Positions 45,332-54,736 of a DNA stretch of 64,000 nucleotides are shown here, in pieces (within the stretch, counting starts at the first letter, position 1; each line of letters begins with the position of its first letter). The notes under the pieces are model-generated. The model saw only the letters and a program-made list of their open reading frames with translations, was not told the origin of the DNA and did no database searches. The DNA comes from a virus, in the IMG/VR virus record IMGVR_UViG_3300031576_000009, positions 37,721 through 101,720 of that record. One strand, 5' to 3'. The position numbers were made by a program, and so were the translations under genes.

Positions 45332-46849
45332 TCATGAAAGAGAACGAGCCGCGTTCTTCGCGGTGTACTGATTGAGGTTCGTGAACGGGATATCTTCGAC
45401 ATCTTCGACACTGCGGATGACATAGCCCTCCTCGCGGTACACCTTGAGCCGATCTCGGCTGTGACGAGCGAAGTACGGACTCATCTGATCATCGAAATCG
45501 ATCAAGTACAGTTCGTTGATAACCTTCTTCTTGCGCATGCCGCGCCCAGGTATCTGCAGGCTCGCGATCTGGGACTTCCCGCCATCAAGTCGGACGATGC
45601 AGCGGATCACCGGCACGTCGATCCCCATGTGGAAGATGCCCGACGCGATCACGATCCGGGTCTCTTCGCGGCGCATCGCATCAAGATAGTGCTTCCGACG
45701 CTCTGCTGGATCGCGGTAGCAGAGGAACGGCACGCGCATTCCGTACGAGCGAAACATGCGACGCAGTACTTCACCGTGCGCCCGCTTCTGAACCAGCAGG
45801 AGCGTAATCCACCCCGACTCGGCTGCATGCAGCGCGGCGGCGATCCCGAGCTTGTTGCGATACTCGTTGTGATGGATCGCGAGCCGCTCGGCAGCCGCGT
45901 AGCGTGCCTGAGTCCGTGGCTGCGTGACCTTGAACATGAACACGGAAACCTTCGAGAGCAGCCCACAGGCCCGGAGCTTGCGTGAGGGGAGATGGTAGAG
46001 CACGTCCCCAAACGTTCCCGTGAGGAACCAGTCGCCCAGGTCCTCGGTCCGACGGAGCAGCGAACCACCAAACGCCAGACGCACGAAGGCTCGTGGGCAT
46101 GCCCGCACGATGTCCTGGTACACGTTGTCTGAAACGAGGTGCGCTTCGTCGACCACGACGGTCCGAATACGATGCAAAAAAGAAAGGACCCGTGAGTCCT
46201 CTTGGCGAACTCGGGGTCCTAGTGTCTGGATCATAGCCATGGTGATCTGCTTCGGGTCCCAGCGGCCCATACCGATCTGTCCGATCTCCTGTCCGGTGAG
46301 CAAACGATACACGTCGGCCCCCTGCAGGAGGAGATCACGGCGCGGGACGAGATAGAGCGAATGACCGCCGAACATTTGGCAGGCCCAGAAGGCGGTCACG
46401 GTCTTCCCCGAGCCGGTCGGCATGGAGATGAGCCCACGCGGCCAAGGGAGCTGATTGCGGCCCACCGTCTGTCGAGCGACAGCGCGGATAGCCAGGTGTT
46501 GCAGTACACACTGTACGGGATGGATGTCGAAGCCACGGCTGCGAAGCAGCGTAGCCCAACGTTCGGGAGGGAGTACTACAGAGGGAGCGTGCAGCGCGCG
46601 ACGATCGATAATCTTCGAGTGCACGTCGTTTTCGGTGAGAACCTCCAGCGCGTATGGCAGGAGGCCCGAAGGGAAGAGCTTGGTAACCTTGTTGTAGAAC
46701 TTTCGGCGGCCGTCCCAGTGATGCTGTTGGTAGGCCTTGGTCCAGTAGTAGTTCGGCTGAGTGAAGGCGAGCGCTTCGGAGAGCGCGTTCTCGCTGCGCT
46801 TGCTCGCAGAGAGTACTCGACAGTCTCCGTTCGTGAGTGCGATCTTCAT
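45332..46849 (-). CDS. SF2 DEAH helicase (UvsW-like)
   Basis: PTGSGKT, DEAH, GIDVP, QIPGRGMR. Confidence 0.95.
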   Translation of the reverse strand: MKIALTNGDCRVLSASKRSENALSEALAFTQPNYYWTKAYQQHHWDGRRKFYNKVTKLFPSGLLPYALEVLTENDVHSKIIDRRALHAPSVVLPPERWATLLRSRGFDIHPVQCVLQHLAIRAVARQTVGRNQLPWPRGLISMPTGSGKTVTAFWACQMFGGHSLYLVPRRDLLLQGADVYRLLTGQEIGQIGMGRWDPKQITMAMIQTLGPRVRQEDSRVLSFLHRIRTVVVDEAHLVSDNVYQDIVRACPRAFVRLAFGGSLLRRTEDLGDWFLTGTFGDVLYHLPSRKLRACGLLSKVSVFMFKVTQPRTQARYAAAERLAIHHNEYRNKLGIAAALHAAESGWITLLLVQKRAHGEVLRRMFRSYGMRVPFLCYRDPAERRKHYLDAMRREETRIVIASGIFHMGIDVPVIRCIVRLDGGKSQIASLQIPGRGMRKKKVINELYLIDFDDQMSPYFARHSRDRLKVYREEGYVIRSVEDVEDIPFTNLNQYTAKNAARSLS

Positions 46850-46978
46850 CCGCTCAACCCAGCAACACTATCACTCCTGGCGACCGCCCCACCACGGTCT
46901 ACCTGCCAGTCCCAGAACTGACTTACGACCGCTCGGAGATGGCGACGAGCGGCGACCGGCTCCCAGATTGTTGCAGTA

Positions 46979-47419
46979 CTACTTCTTCTGACGCTTGGCG
47001 ATCGCGGCAATGAGCGTGTCTTTGTCCTTGCCCATCTTCTTGAGCCCAAGCGCTTTGCCGATGATGCGGAGCTCCGCGGTCTTGAACTTCTTCAGCTGAG
47101 CGAGCTTGTACGGAATGCCCTTCTTCAGCTTCGCGGCGGAAGCAGGAGCATCACCCTCGCCGTCATCACCCTCGCCGTCATCACCCTCGCCGTCATCACC
47201 CTCGCCGTCATCACCCTCGCCGTCATCACCCTCGCCGTCGTCGTCCTCGTCGTCGTCCTCGCCGTCGTCGTCCTCGCCGTCGTCGTCCTCTTCACCCTTG
47301 GTGTCCTCGCCGTCGTCGTCCTCTTCACCCTTGGTGTCCTCGTCGAACTCGTTGACCCATTCGAGGAACGCGTCGGCGAACTGCTTGAACGTGGTCACCA
47401 CCTTCTTGTTCGGCATCAT
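46979..47419 (-). CDS. acidic repeat protein with C-terminal Rho-N/HeH-like domain
   Basis: (GEGDD)n tract; AELRIIGKALGL...KDTLIAAI; GGAGGAGG RBS. Confidence 0.8.
   Translation of the reverse strand: MMPNKKVVTTFKQFADAFLEWVNEFDEDTKGEEDDDGEDTKGEEDDDGEDDDGEDDDEDDDGEGDDGEGDDGEGDDGEGDDGEGDDGEGDAPASAAKLKKGIPYKLAQLKKFKTAELRIIGKALGLKKMGKDKDTLIAAIAKRQKK
47151..47341. repeat. coding tandem repeats (15-bp and 30-bp units)
   Basis: TCACCCTCGCCGTCA x5-6; 30-bp unit encoding DTKGEEDDDG(E) x2. Confidence 0.9.
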
Positions 47420-47483
47420 TCCTCCTCCGGTTGGCGAGAGAGCAGTAGGCCCCTCGCATGTTCACGACGTAATCGAAGGCGCG

Positions 47484-47527
47484 GGTGTACTATCCTCGTG
47501 TAGATGGTGTCAAGGAAAAAAAATTTC
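47484..47527 (-). promoter_or_regulatory. sigma70-type promoter of the replication operon
   Basis: T-tract, TTGACA, 18-nt spacer, TACACC. Confidence 0.6.
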
Positions 47528-47597
47528 GATGTCCTCCCGCGCTCTTATAAGCACCCCTCACGACAACAGGGGATGGTCTTGGGGCGGAGCCGGGTAA

Positions 47598-47885
47598 TCA
47601 GGCGTCGTGGTGGTCGAGGAAGAAGCCGAGCCCGAGCAGGTAGAGGAACTCTTCGCGGGTGATGTCGAAGGCCCATTCACGAAACTTAGAAATCCTGAAT
47701 TGTTGGGCATTATTGGCGATGATCATGACTGCCTGCGTGTCGAGCCCGTAGCAGTTGACCTTCCCTTGAAGCTCGGAGATTTGCTGCCCCTGATCGTCGA
47801 AGACGATCACGTTCCGGTTGGTGAAAAGGTAGACCGTGAACGGCTTCGCGTAGTCTCGCGTCCACGCAATCGCTTCTTCAGTCAT
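47598..47885 (-). CDS. hypothetical protein
   Basis: GGAGG RBS. Confidence 0.7.
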   Translation of the reverse strand: MTEEAIAWTRDYAKPFTVYLFTNRNVIVFDDQGQQISELQGKVNCYGLDTQAVMIIANNAQQFRISKFREWAFDITREEFLYLLGLGFFLDHHDA

Positions 47886-48573
47886 GCGACCTCCAACGTA
47901 ACGACTCGGACCGGACGCCGAGCTTCTGCAGGACGACCTGTATCATCTCAGCTGCCTTGTCGAACTCTGGCATGAGATGCCGATTGGCCAGGACCTCCTT
48001 CGGAATGTACTTGAACCAACCGAACATGACCCCGCTGATCTCGTTGTTCGGCTCCTCAGCAGGGATGTACTTCACTTGCTCCTCACTCCTGAGGAGCCAG
48101 CTTCCCACCACAGGTTCACCGATCGGCTCACCAGATGGACGTTTGATGTCGTACTGCACCCAGAGTGTCTCACCGTCGATGAAGGTACACTCCATGACGA
48201 TGCACTCCTGGCGCGCTGGGTCCTCTGACAGATTGTGCGGATGCTCGTTCCGAACGTCCTCTACCGTCTCGCCGGGAGCTGGACGCCGTGTACGCACGGT
48301 CCATGCTTCCATGATCGAGACGTAGCCCACGACATCGGCCCAGATCAGGACGGCTCTGGCGAGCGCGGCGAAGAATTGGACGCGGTTCTCACGAGGGTTC
48401 TGGAAGCCGATGACGCTGATCACGAAGACAGAGCCATCGTCGCGCTGGCCGAGCGGGAGGAGCATGGGCGTGTGCTCACGCCCTTCGGAAACAATCTGCT
48501 CAGCCTGCTCGGCGAGGTGGTCGATCATCTCCATCAGGGAGATGCGATCGTGCCTGAACGTAAATCCTTTCAT
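47878..48573 (-). CDS. conserved phage hypothetical protein (MEAW...DPARQE)
   Basis: Start re-called at MKGFTF. Confidence 0.75.
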   Translation of the reverse strand: MKGFTFRHDRISLMEMIDHLAEQAEQIVSEGREHTPMLLPLGQRDDGSVFVISVIGFQNPRENRVQFFAALARAVLIWADVVGYVSIMEAWTVRTRRPAPGETVEDVRNEHPHNLSEDPARQECIVMECTFIDGETLWVQYDIKRPSGEPIGEPVVGSWLLRSEEQVKYIPAEEPNNEISGVMFGWFKYIPKEVLANRHLMPEFDKAAEMIQVVLQKLGVRSESLRWRSHD

Positions 48574-48584
48574 CCCCGATCTCC

Positions 48585-49133
48585 CTAGTTCAGCTTCTCG
48601 TCGGTATCGTCCACGACGTAGAAGGGTTTTCCACGGTGCTCGGCGTGATGGTACAGGTACTTGATCACCGGACAGGTCCCCTTGGCCGAACACCCGATGA
48701 TCAAGAGCACTCGTCCACTGGGCTGAAGGCGACAGCCGCAGGCGAAGGCAATCGTACCATTTCTGCTGTACCGAATGATCACGACGCCATCGAGCCTCTC
48801 GCCCCGCAGCGTGAGGTCTGGCCACGTGTCGAACGTCCCATCACCTTCGCGCGCCTCTCGCTGGTGAAAGAGGCCTCGCCGAACCATCGTGAGCGCGTGG
48901 CGGATGTTCTCGGCCATCTTGTTCACGAGGTCGTCGTCTGTGAACTGCCGAACGTGCAGCTCCTTATCGAACCAGAGCCACTCTCCACACCGGAAGCAGA
49001 GCGTGACATCGTTCGGCTCTGGTGCGCGTTTCTTGTCCTCTGCGAGCAGGGCGGAAACCACATCCATCACGACACCACAGTTCGGGCACAGTGAAGGCGG
49101 CACCCTCGTTATGTGTACATCGTTCTCACCCAT
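48585..49133 (-). CDS. zinc-binding hypothetical protein
   Basis: CPNC, CFRC; GAGGAGG RBS. Confidence 0.7.
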   Translation of the reverse strand: MGENDVHITRVPPSLCPNCGVVMDVVSALLAEDKKRAPEPNDVTLCFRCGEWLWFDKELHVRQFTDDDLVNKMAENIRHALTMVRRGLFHQREAREGDGTFDTWPDLTLRGERLDGVVIIRYSRNGTIAFACGCRLQPSGRVLLIIGCSAKGTCPVIKYLYHHAEHRGKPFYVVDDTDEKLN

Positions 49134-50043
49134 CGCTGTCCTCCTCACCGAGCATCGTCACGATCTGATCCCACTCGTTGGAGACGAGCGCAAGCAGTCG
49201 ACGATGCTCTGCCTCCTCGGCCACCTTCACGTCCCACTTGGCGTTGTCGCACAGGTCGAGGACGCGATCACGGATCAACTGTGCGAGCAGGGCAGGCTCC
49301 AGCGCGTCGATCTCCCAGCTCTCGTGACCGAACTCGACTACGTAGCCCTGAAAGCGCGCATCGGTCGTCTTCGCGGGGTTCGGTGGTGGGTTGTATTGCT
49401 CGATCTGATCCATGTTGAGCGCCAGGCGATCGAGCTTCACGCGCACCCCCAAGAAGAGCCGGAGCCGATCCCGGATGTCGCGCGTCATGTCGATCCCACT
49501 CGGGTCGTGATCACCCAAGTGCAGCACGACCGGCGTCTGCCCTTGCTTGCGGAAGCCGACCAGGCGTTGCGCGCTCGACCACATCTCGCTCTGGCTGGTG
49601 TAGCCACGACATGAGAGGAACGGAATCTGGAGCTCGCGGCACACCGGCTCGATGACACCTGCGAGGGCTTCCTTCTCGATCCAGACCTCGGGGCGGAAGT
49701 TCTGATCCACCCACTTGTCGATGCGGAACGCTCTAGCTGCCGAGTCGAGGATGCTCTCGGGAGTGATCCAGCTGGGCGGCATGTTGGTTTCTCGGGTGCG
49801 ATCCTCGATGAACTCCCAGTCGATCAGTCCAGCAAGCCGTGCATCGTTCACGATCGATCCAAGCCGCTTGTAGCTCTTCACGGTGTTGGGCAGGAGGTCC
49901 CTGGCGACGAACTGGTAGTAGAGCTGCCTGAGCGTCAGCCGGAAACCCTGCTGTTGGTACTGGGTGATGATCTCGTTCGCCTTATCGATGATGCGCAGCG
50001 AATCATCGCGGAAGTTGAAGCTCTTGTACTCGATCATCGGCAT
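49126..50043 (-). CDS. TopoVI-A-like (Mini-A type) wHTH-TOPRIM protein
   Basis: TLRQLYY, WIEK, RGY, GDHDPSG, ExDAL. Confidence 0.85.
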   Translation of the reverse strand: MPMIEYKSFNFRDDSLRIIDKANEIITQYQQQGFRLTLRQLYYQFVARDLLPNTVKSYKRLGSIVNDARLAGLIDWEFIEDRTRETNMPPSWITPESILDSAARAFRIDKWVDQNFRPEVWIEKEALAGVIEPVCRELQIPFLSCRGYTSQSEMWSSAQRLVGFRKQGQTPVVLHLGDHDPSGIDMTRDIRDRLRLFLGVRVKLDRLALNMDQIEQYNPPPNPAKTTDARFQGYVVEFGHESWEIDALEPALLAQLIRDRVLDLCDNAKWDVKVAEEAEHRRLLALVSNEWDQIVTMLGEEDSDG

Positions 50044-50046
50044 AGG

Positions 50047-50271
50047 TCACACCGTCAGGCTCAGGATCGCTCGCACGTGCTTGACCGCCGTCTCGACCGC
50101 CTCCAGGTGACGACGGACCGCAGTGAGACAGGTGAGACAGGCAGCGTCGTTCACCGGGTCCTCGGCGATGCTGGCGATCGAGATGCCGTTGTTCTCGATC
50201 GACCCACCATGCTCACGAACCTTCCGCCAGGCGTACGGTGTGACCAACACCTTCTTCTTGCTCGCCGCCAT
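50047..50271 (-). CDS. hypothetical protein
   Basis: ORF track, operon position. Confidence 0.6.
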   Translation of the reverse strand: MAASKKKVLVTPYAWRKVREHGGSIENNGISIASIAEDPVNDAACLTCLTAVRRHLEAVETAVKHVRAILSLTV

Positions 50272-50275
50272 CGTA

Positions 50276-50791
50276 TTAGAGCTTCAGGCGCTCGGCCGCA
50301 GCGATACCGTCGAGTACCCCCTGCACCATCGGAATGCGAGGCCGATTCTTGAACCGCTCGAAAGCCTCCTCGGTCTGCTCGACGGCTTCACATTCACGGT
50401 CGAAGCCCTGAGTGAAGCCCAGCACGTAACTCAATTTGAGCCCGAGGTACTTGGCGATCATCCCCATGCCTATGTTCCTGGGATCGATCCGATCCTTCGC
50501 GAGCTTCTTGAGAATCGTCTTGTGTACAGCGAGCACCATCAACCCACAGGCCTCGCCGTTGAGCTGGACGCCGGGCTTCCAGAGCGGCGGTTTGGGAGCT
50601 TCCTCGCCCTCGTCGTGGGCATCTTCGTAGGCGCTGATCGCAGTCAGGTAGTCATGGAGTAGCTCCAGCTCCAGCCAGTTGCGTTGCGTTGGTGTGAGCC
50701 CAGTGTCCGCATACGCCTTCTCGATACGGCCCGGCTGGACGCGCCGGAACTTCTTGATCGCCTTCGCACGCTTCTTCGTCTTGGTTGCCAT
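50276..50791 (-). CDS. hypothetical protein
   Basis: AGGAG RBS. Confidence 0.7.
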   Translation of the reverse strand: MATKTKKRAKAIKKFRRVQPGRIEKAYADTGLTPTQRNWLELELLHDYLTAISAYEDAHDEGEEAPKPPLWKPGVQLNGEACGLMVLAVHKTILKKLAKDRIDPRNIGMGMIAKYLGLKLSYVLGFTQGFDRECEAVEQTEEAFERFKNRPRIPMVQGVLDGIAAAERLKL

Positions 50792-50824
50792 CCTCAGTCT
50801 CCTTTTCGAGTCAGAAGGGCAGCT

Positions 50825-51115
50825 TCAGTCCTGCTCTTCGATGATTTCTGGCGGCGCGGCGACCGACTTCACGGTCGCGACCCACTTGAAGACGTACACG
50901 TAGTAGATCGAACCGACGTTTTTTTTTACGAAGTCGACCGCACCGGCCATCGAGTCCGCCTTCATGTCCCCCTTATCGAACGCCTTACCGCATGACTTGT
51001 CGGCCCGGCTGACGATAGCCGATAGGTCCTGATCACTCACGTAGTAGAACTCTCGCACGTCCGACAGGCACGCACACTGCTGCTTCCTGGTCTCCTTCCT
51101 TTCCGGCATCGCCAT
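50825..51115 (-). CDS. hypothetical protein
   Basis: GAGGG RBS. Confidence 0.65.
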   Translation of the reverse strand: MAMPERKETRKQQCACLSDVREFYYVSDQDLSAIVSRADKSCGKAFDKGDMKADSMAGAVDFVKKNVGSIYYVYVFKWVATVKSVAAPPEIIEEQD

Positions 51116-51137
51116 CCCTCATTGTTTGGTTGCAAAC

Positions 51138-51181
51138 AAAAAAAAGAGGGAGAGCCTATCTTTCGACCGACCCTCCCTCTT
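51138..51181 (-). terminator. intrinsic terminator
   Basis: AAGAGGGAG/CTCCCTCTT stem followed by T-run. Confidence 0.75.
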
Positions 51182-51204
51182 GGCGGAGCTCCGGGGTGGG
51201 GCTC

Positions 51205-51909
51205 CTACTTTGCGGCAACTGCCGTCTTGCCGTTGGTCTTCGCGCGCTTCAGCTTCTTCCGACGGTGGGGCGCCATCGGGATCACCTTCCCCTTGACGCC
51301 GTTGATCTTGTACTTCCCGTTCTTGCCACGCTCGATCTTCAGGCCACGCCTCTTCAGGCGATAGAGCTGCACGCGAACCGTGTTGCCGATCCCGATCGCC
51401 CCGTGCTTCGGGAACGCCTTCTGCACGGCCGCACACAGCTCGTGATACGTGGCACCCTTCCCCAGCACCTCCGTGATCACCGCGACCTCGGTCCCGTTTC
51501 GCACTCCGTACTTGTTCTGGCCCATCGGTACTTTCCGCTTGGCCGCCTTCTTGTTCTTCACGTCGAGCTCCTCCGTGATCCTTGCGCGGATCACCTCGAA
51601 CTGATCCGCGAACCAATTGAACATGAACGGGCTCAAGAGGCCTAGCGCCGTGAAGATGTGATGCGCCACGCTCAGCTCCATCCACTCGCGCGAGAGGACG
51701 AAGACGCCTCCCGTCGCGAGGAAGTAGAGCCGGCGCAGCTTGCGCTCGGAGATCAACTCCAGGCGCTGCATCACCGCCACCATCGGCACACCAGGTGCCC
51801 ATGGCGGAACGAGGAGTTCCTCGCGGTTCAACCCCAACTCTACGAGGACTGGTCGTAGCCAGCGGCGCGAGGGAATCCTCGCCAGCTTGACCTTGGAACG
51901 ACGCTTCAT
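51205..51909 (-). CDS. basic protein with probable C-terminal winged-helix domain
   Basis: ATYHELC...TVRVQLYRLKRRGLKIER...YKI; AGGAGG RBS. Confidence 0.7.
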   Translation of the reverse strand: MKRRSKVKLARIPSRRWLRPVLVELGLNREELLVPPWAPGVPMVAVMQRLELISERKLRRLYFLATGGVFVLSREWMELSVAHHIFTALGLLSPFMFNWFADQFEVIRARITEELDVKNKKAAKRKVPMGQNKYGVRNGTEVAVITEVLGKGATYHELCAAVQKAFPKHGAIGIGNTVRVQLYRLKRRGLKIERGKNGKYKINGVKGKVIPMAPHRRKKLKRAKTNGKTAVAAK

Positions 51910-51963
51910 CGTACGGCCTCCTTGTACAGGTCTGAGTACACATCGGTTCTATACAAATGGTGC

Positions 51964-52233
51964 TCAGCCTACAAGTACTTTTCGCGCCTGTTCGATCGAC
52001 TGGCGAGCATCGCAGTTGACGCAGGGTGTGCGCCCCAGCTCAGCACATTCACCGCAGGCTGACGATCCAAGGTAGCGTTCGTACGAGCGAATCAGGTCGC
52101 GAATCACCACATCTCGCTGATCGAGCGTGGTGAGCAACCTGCGTTGCTCACTCGGCCAGAGGTCCCTGTGGCCGTAACGCTCGAAGAACACCCTGATCTC
52201 TGTGATCTCCGCACGGGCCAGCGCTGCGCTCAT
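51964..52233 (-). CDS. hypothetical protein
   Basis: ATGA coupling; CGEC, CVNC. Confidence 0.65.
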   Translation of the reverse strand: MSAALARAEITEIRVFFERYGHRDLWPSEQRRLLTTLDQRDVVIRDLIRSYERYLGSSACGECAELGRTPCVNCDARQSIEQARKVLVG

Positions 52234-52472
52234 GAGCGCAACGCCTCATCAAGCTGCCGACCGGCTTCGGCTTCGAGGTAGTCCCGGATGTCGTGCACGA
52301 GCTTCTCGGGCTCCCGCTTCTGCGCCGTACGGTCGAAGTGTATCCGGTAGTAGTCGCCTTCAGTGATCGCGCTGTACATCGCGGCGTTGAGCTCTTCGGC
52401 CAGACGACCGGGCTCCGTCGCGCGCATCAGCTGCATTCGCGTCATGCGTGGTGCTAGTTTGACATTCGCCAT
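52230..52472 (-). CDS. hypothetical protein
   Basis: GGAGGAG RBS; start re-called at MANVKL. Confidence 0.65.
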   Translation of the reverse strand: MANVKLAPRMTRMQLMRATEPGRLAEELNAAMYSAITEGDYYRIHFDRTAQKREPEKLVHDIRDYLEAEAGRQLDEALRS

Positions 52473-52663
52473 TGGATCACTCCTCCACGAGGATGAGAAT
52501 CTGACGAGTGGGCACGCTGCCACAGCGTCCGTCGTCAAAGCTCATCCACATATGGTTCGGTAGCATTGGTTCGGTGCCGACCCGCTCCCGTGCACGACCG
52601 TAGGACGCCGATCGTCCTTTCTCGCTGACCTTCACCCGATACCACTTCGGAGGCCAGTTCGTC

Positions 52664-52855
52664 TTAGGCCGCAGTACGGTGGTTGTTTTGATACTCACGA
52701 CGCCACTCTTCCCGCTCCCGATCACGCTTGAGATCGAACCAGATGAACACGACCACGAGCGCGAGGAATCCGACGACCTCAAACGTACGCCACGGGAAGT
52801 TTCGAGCGAGCATCGCTGCATGCGACGCCGGCTGATTGTTCACCTTGATCTTCAT
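52664..52855 (-). CDS. small single-TM protein
   Basis: VVGFLALVVVFIWF. Confidence 0.65.
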   Translation of the reverse strand: MKIKVNNQPASHAAMLARNFPWRTFEVVGFLALVVVFIWFDLKRDREREEWRREYQNNHRTAA

Positions 52856-52858
52856 CGG

Positions 52859-53311
52859 TCAGTCTCCTGTTCGACGGAAAAAGTCACGAGCGTGCTGTCG
52901 GCACAGGCCGAGGAACTCCGCTCGTTCGGTGCAGTACTCACAGTGTTCGATCTCTTGCGGGTAACCGTGGTTGAGCACGTCCTGCACGACACCGTGGCCT
53001 CTGGTGTGCAGGTACATGCCGATCATGAAGCCATCGATCACCGCGGCTGTAAGGACCGTCATCATCCGGTTGGCGCGTTCCGAGAGCCGCACGGGCGTCA
53101 TCACCGCCTGGCTCATCTTCGTCGGGTCCTGCCCGTCGAGCAGCATCGCTGCACGCATCGCCCGCTGATCCATGATGTAGTGAAAGCCCTGAAAGTCGAT
53201 ACCCATCGTCTCGACAACGAGCTCCAGTGAGCCGAGCTCCTTCGCGGCCTTATCAGACTTTCTCGCCGCCGCTGCGATCTCCACTTTCCCAATCTTCATG
53301 CTGACCTCCAT
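52859..53311 (-). CDS. hypothetical protein
   Basis: ORF track, GGAGG before second Met. Confidence 0.7.
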   Translation of the reverse strand: MEVSMKIGKVEIAAAARKSDKAAKELGSLELVVETMGIDFQGFHYIMDQRAMRAAMLLDGQDPTKMSQAVMTPVRLSERANRMMTVLTAAVIDGFMIGMYLHTRGHGVVQDVLNHGYPQEIEHCEYCTERAEFLGLCRQHARDFFRRTGD

Positions 53312-53549
53312 CTCTAGGCTCGATGACCTGCACGATGGGATCGATCACCTTGCCGTCCTTGTCCCAACGCACGAAGTTCAGCGAGCCGTTATCTTCGAGG
53401 ACGAGGGCACACAGAGATCGACCGTCTCGATTGTAGCTGATGAGCATCCGATCGCCGGGGCCACGTGTGACGTGTAGGTCGAGCTTCGCCTTGCCGCTGG
53501 CGCTCCTGAGCATGCAGAGCGCCTGGTTGTAGTCCCCGATGCGGTACAT
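53253..53549 (-). CDS. hypothetical protein
   Basis: TGATG coupling. Confidence 0.6.
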   Translation of the reverse strand: MYRIGDYNQALCMLRSASGKAKLDLHVTRGPGDRMLISYNRDGRSLCALVLEDNGSLNFVRWDKDGKVIDPIVQVIEPRDGGQHEDWESGDRSGGEKV

Positions 53550-54010
53550 CAGACCTTCTCCTCCAGCATGCTGTTAACCGACTCGACGAATCGATCTCGC
53601 AATGATCGAAGATCGGCGACGGTCATCTTCGTGTCCCAGGCAGTGGTGGCACCGATGTAGGAGATTCCGGTCGATGACACCCACCAGACCGTTCCACCGA
53701 TGTAGCGAAGTTTCTCGTTGCCCGAGACGCTGATCTGACACACGTCGCCCGGCAGGATGTGATTCATGATCAGGTCGAGGAGGTCGTACTCGTTGTAGTC
53801 CTCAGTCTCAGCGTTGTAGGTCTGGATCACGGGACTCGGGTACTGACCGGACCAGCCGAAGGCCCAGTACCCACCCGCCTCTTCTTCGAGGAAACCCTGC
53901 TCCGCCGCCACGGTGTCCGCGAGGACGGCGTACACAGGATCACCAACCCAGGCTGCACGGTCACGAACGCGAAACGAACTGGCTTCGAGGCAACCATTGA
54001 AGTCAGCCAT
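53549..54010 (-). CDS. hypothetical protein
   Basis: GAGGAG RBS; GNEKLRYIGG motif. Confidence 0.75.
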   Translation of the reverse strand: MADFNGCLEASSFRVRDRAAWVGDPVYAVLADTVAAEQGFLEEEAGGYWAFGWSGQYPSPVIQTYNAETEDYNEYDLLDLIMNHILPGDVCQISVSGNEKLRYIGGTVWWVSSTGISYIGATTAWDTKMTVADLRSLRDRFVESVNSMLEEKV

Positions 54011-54012
54011 AC

Positions 54013-54243
54013 CTAGAACTCCTCTTCCGGCATCGGCTCGTAGGCACCGGGCAGGATCGGGTGCTGGTCGAGCCCCTGTCCCTTCCGCTTCTCGTTCACG
54101 CGCGTCATGCAGGCCGAGCAGATCGGCTCGCGACTGTCCCCGCCGGGCGGCGTGAAGCTCGGCACCTTGTGCGGATTGAACATGAATGTCTTCTTACAAC
54201 TCCAGCAGACACCCATCGCGCACACCCAACCATCGTGCGACAT
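54013..54243 (-). CDS. conserved zinc-binding phage protein
   Basis: CWSC...FNPHKVPS...EPICSAC. Confidence 0.75.
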   Translation of the reverse strand: MSHDGWVCAMGVCWSCKKTFMFNPHKVPSFTPPGGDSREPICSACMTRVNEKRKGQGLDQHPILPGAYEPMPEEEF

Positions 54244-54488
54244 CAGTCCTCCTCAGTGAGGTCGTCGAGGAACACGTCGTCGGACTCCTGCAGCACTTCG
54301 CCGACCTCGACGCGAGCGATCAAGGAGTCGATACAGGACTTCTCGATCTTCACTGCGTGCAGGCTGTACCCAGACACGTCGCAGGTACCGTACTCACGGA
54401 GCATCGCTATCAAGAACGCCACCTCTGGGATCACCTCTGGGACCATGGGTTTCACTCCTCTGGTGGATTCACAGGAATGGCAAACCAC
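54243..54488 (-). CDS. hypothetical protein (start likely MVPEVI)
   Basis: TGATG coupling. Confidence 0.55.
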   Translation of the reverse strand: MVCHSCESTRGVKPMVPEVIPEVAFLIAMLREYGTCDVSGYSLHAVKIEKSCIDSLIARVEVGEVLQESDDVFLDDLTEED

Positions 54489-54643
54489 TCCTCGTGGTCC
54501 GCTCGATGCACCTCCCCGTAGGCGATGGCATCGTCCTGCGTCACGAATGGGCCATGCAGAACGATGCCATCGAATGGGTTGCCGAACGCAACGACGAAAC
54601 CCTGCTTCGCCTTACGCTTCCCCTTCTTCGTCTTCGTCGACAC
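54452..54643 (-). CDS. hypothetical protein
   Basis: GNPFDG...GPF motif; AGGAG RBS. Confidence 0.7.
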   Translation of the reverse strand: MSTKTKKGKRKAKQGFVVAFGNPFDGIVLHGPFVTQDDAIAYGEVHRADHEEWFAIPVNPPEE

Positions 54644-54736
54644 GGCTCCTTCCTCCTGGAACGATCACGATGATCTCCTCCACGGCCTGGAAGCGAACCA
54701 GCCGGATCGTCATCGAAGCTAGGCACGCTTCTGCTC

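Noticed and set aside
47151-47341. CRISPR array
   Set aside because: Repeats are contiguous, in-frame and coding, with no spacers.
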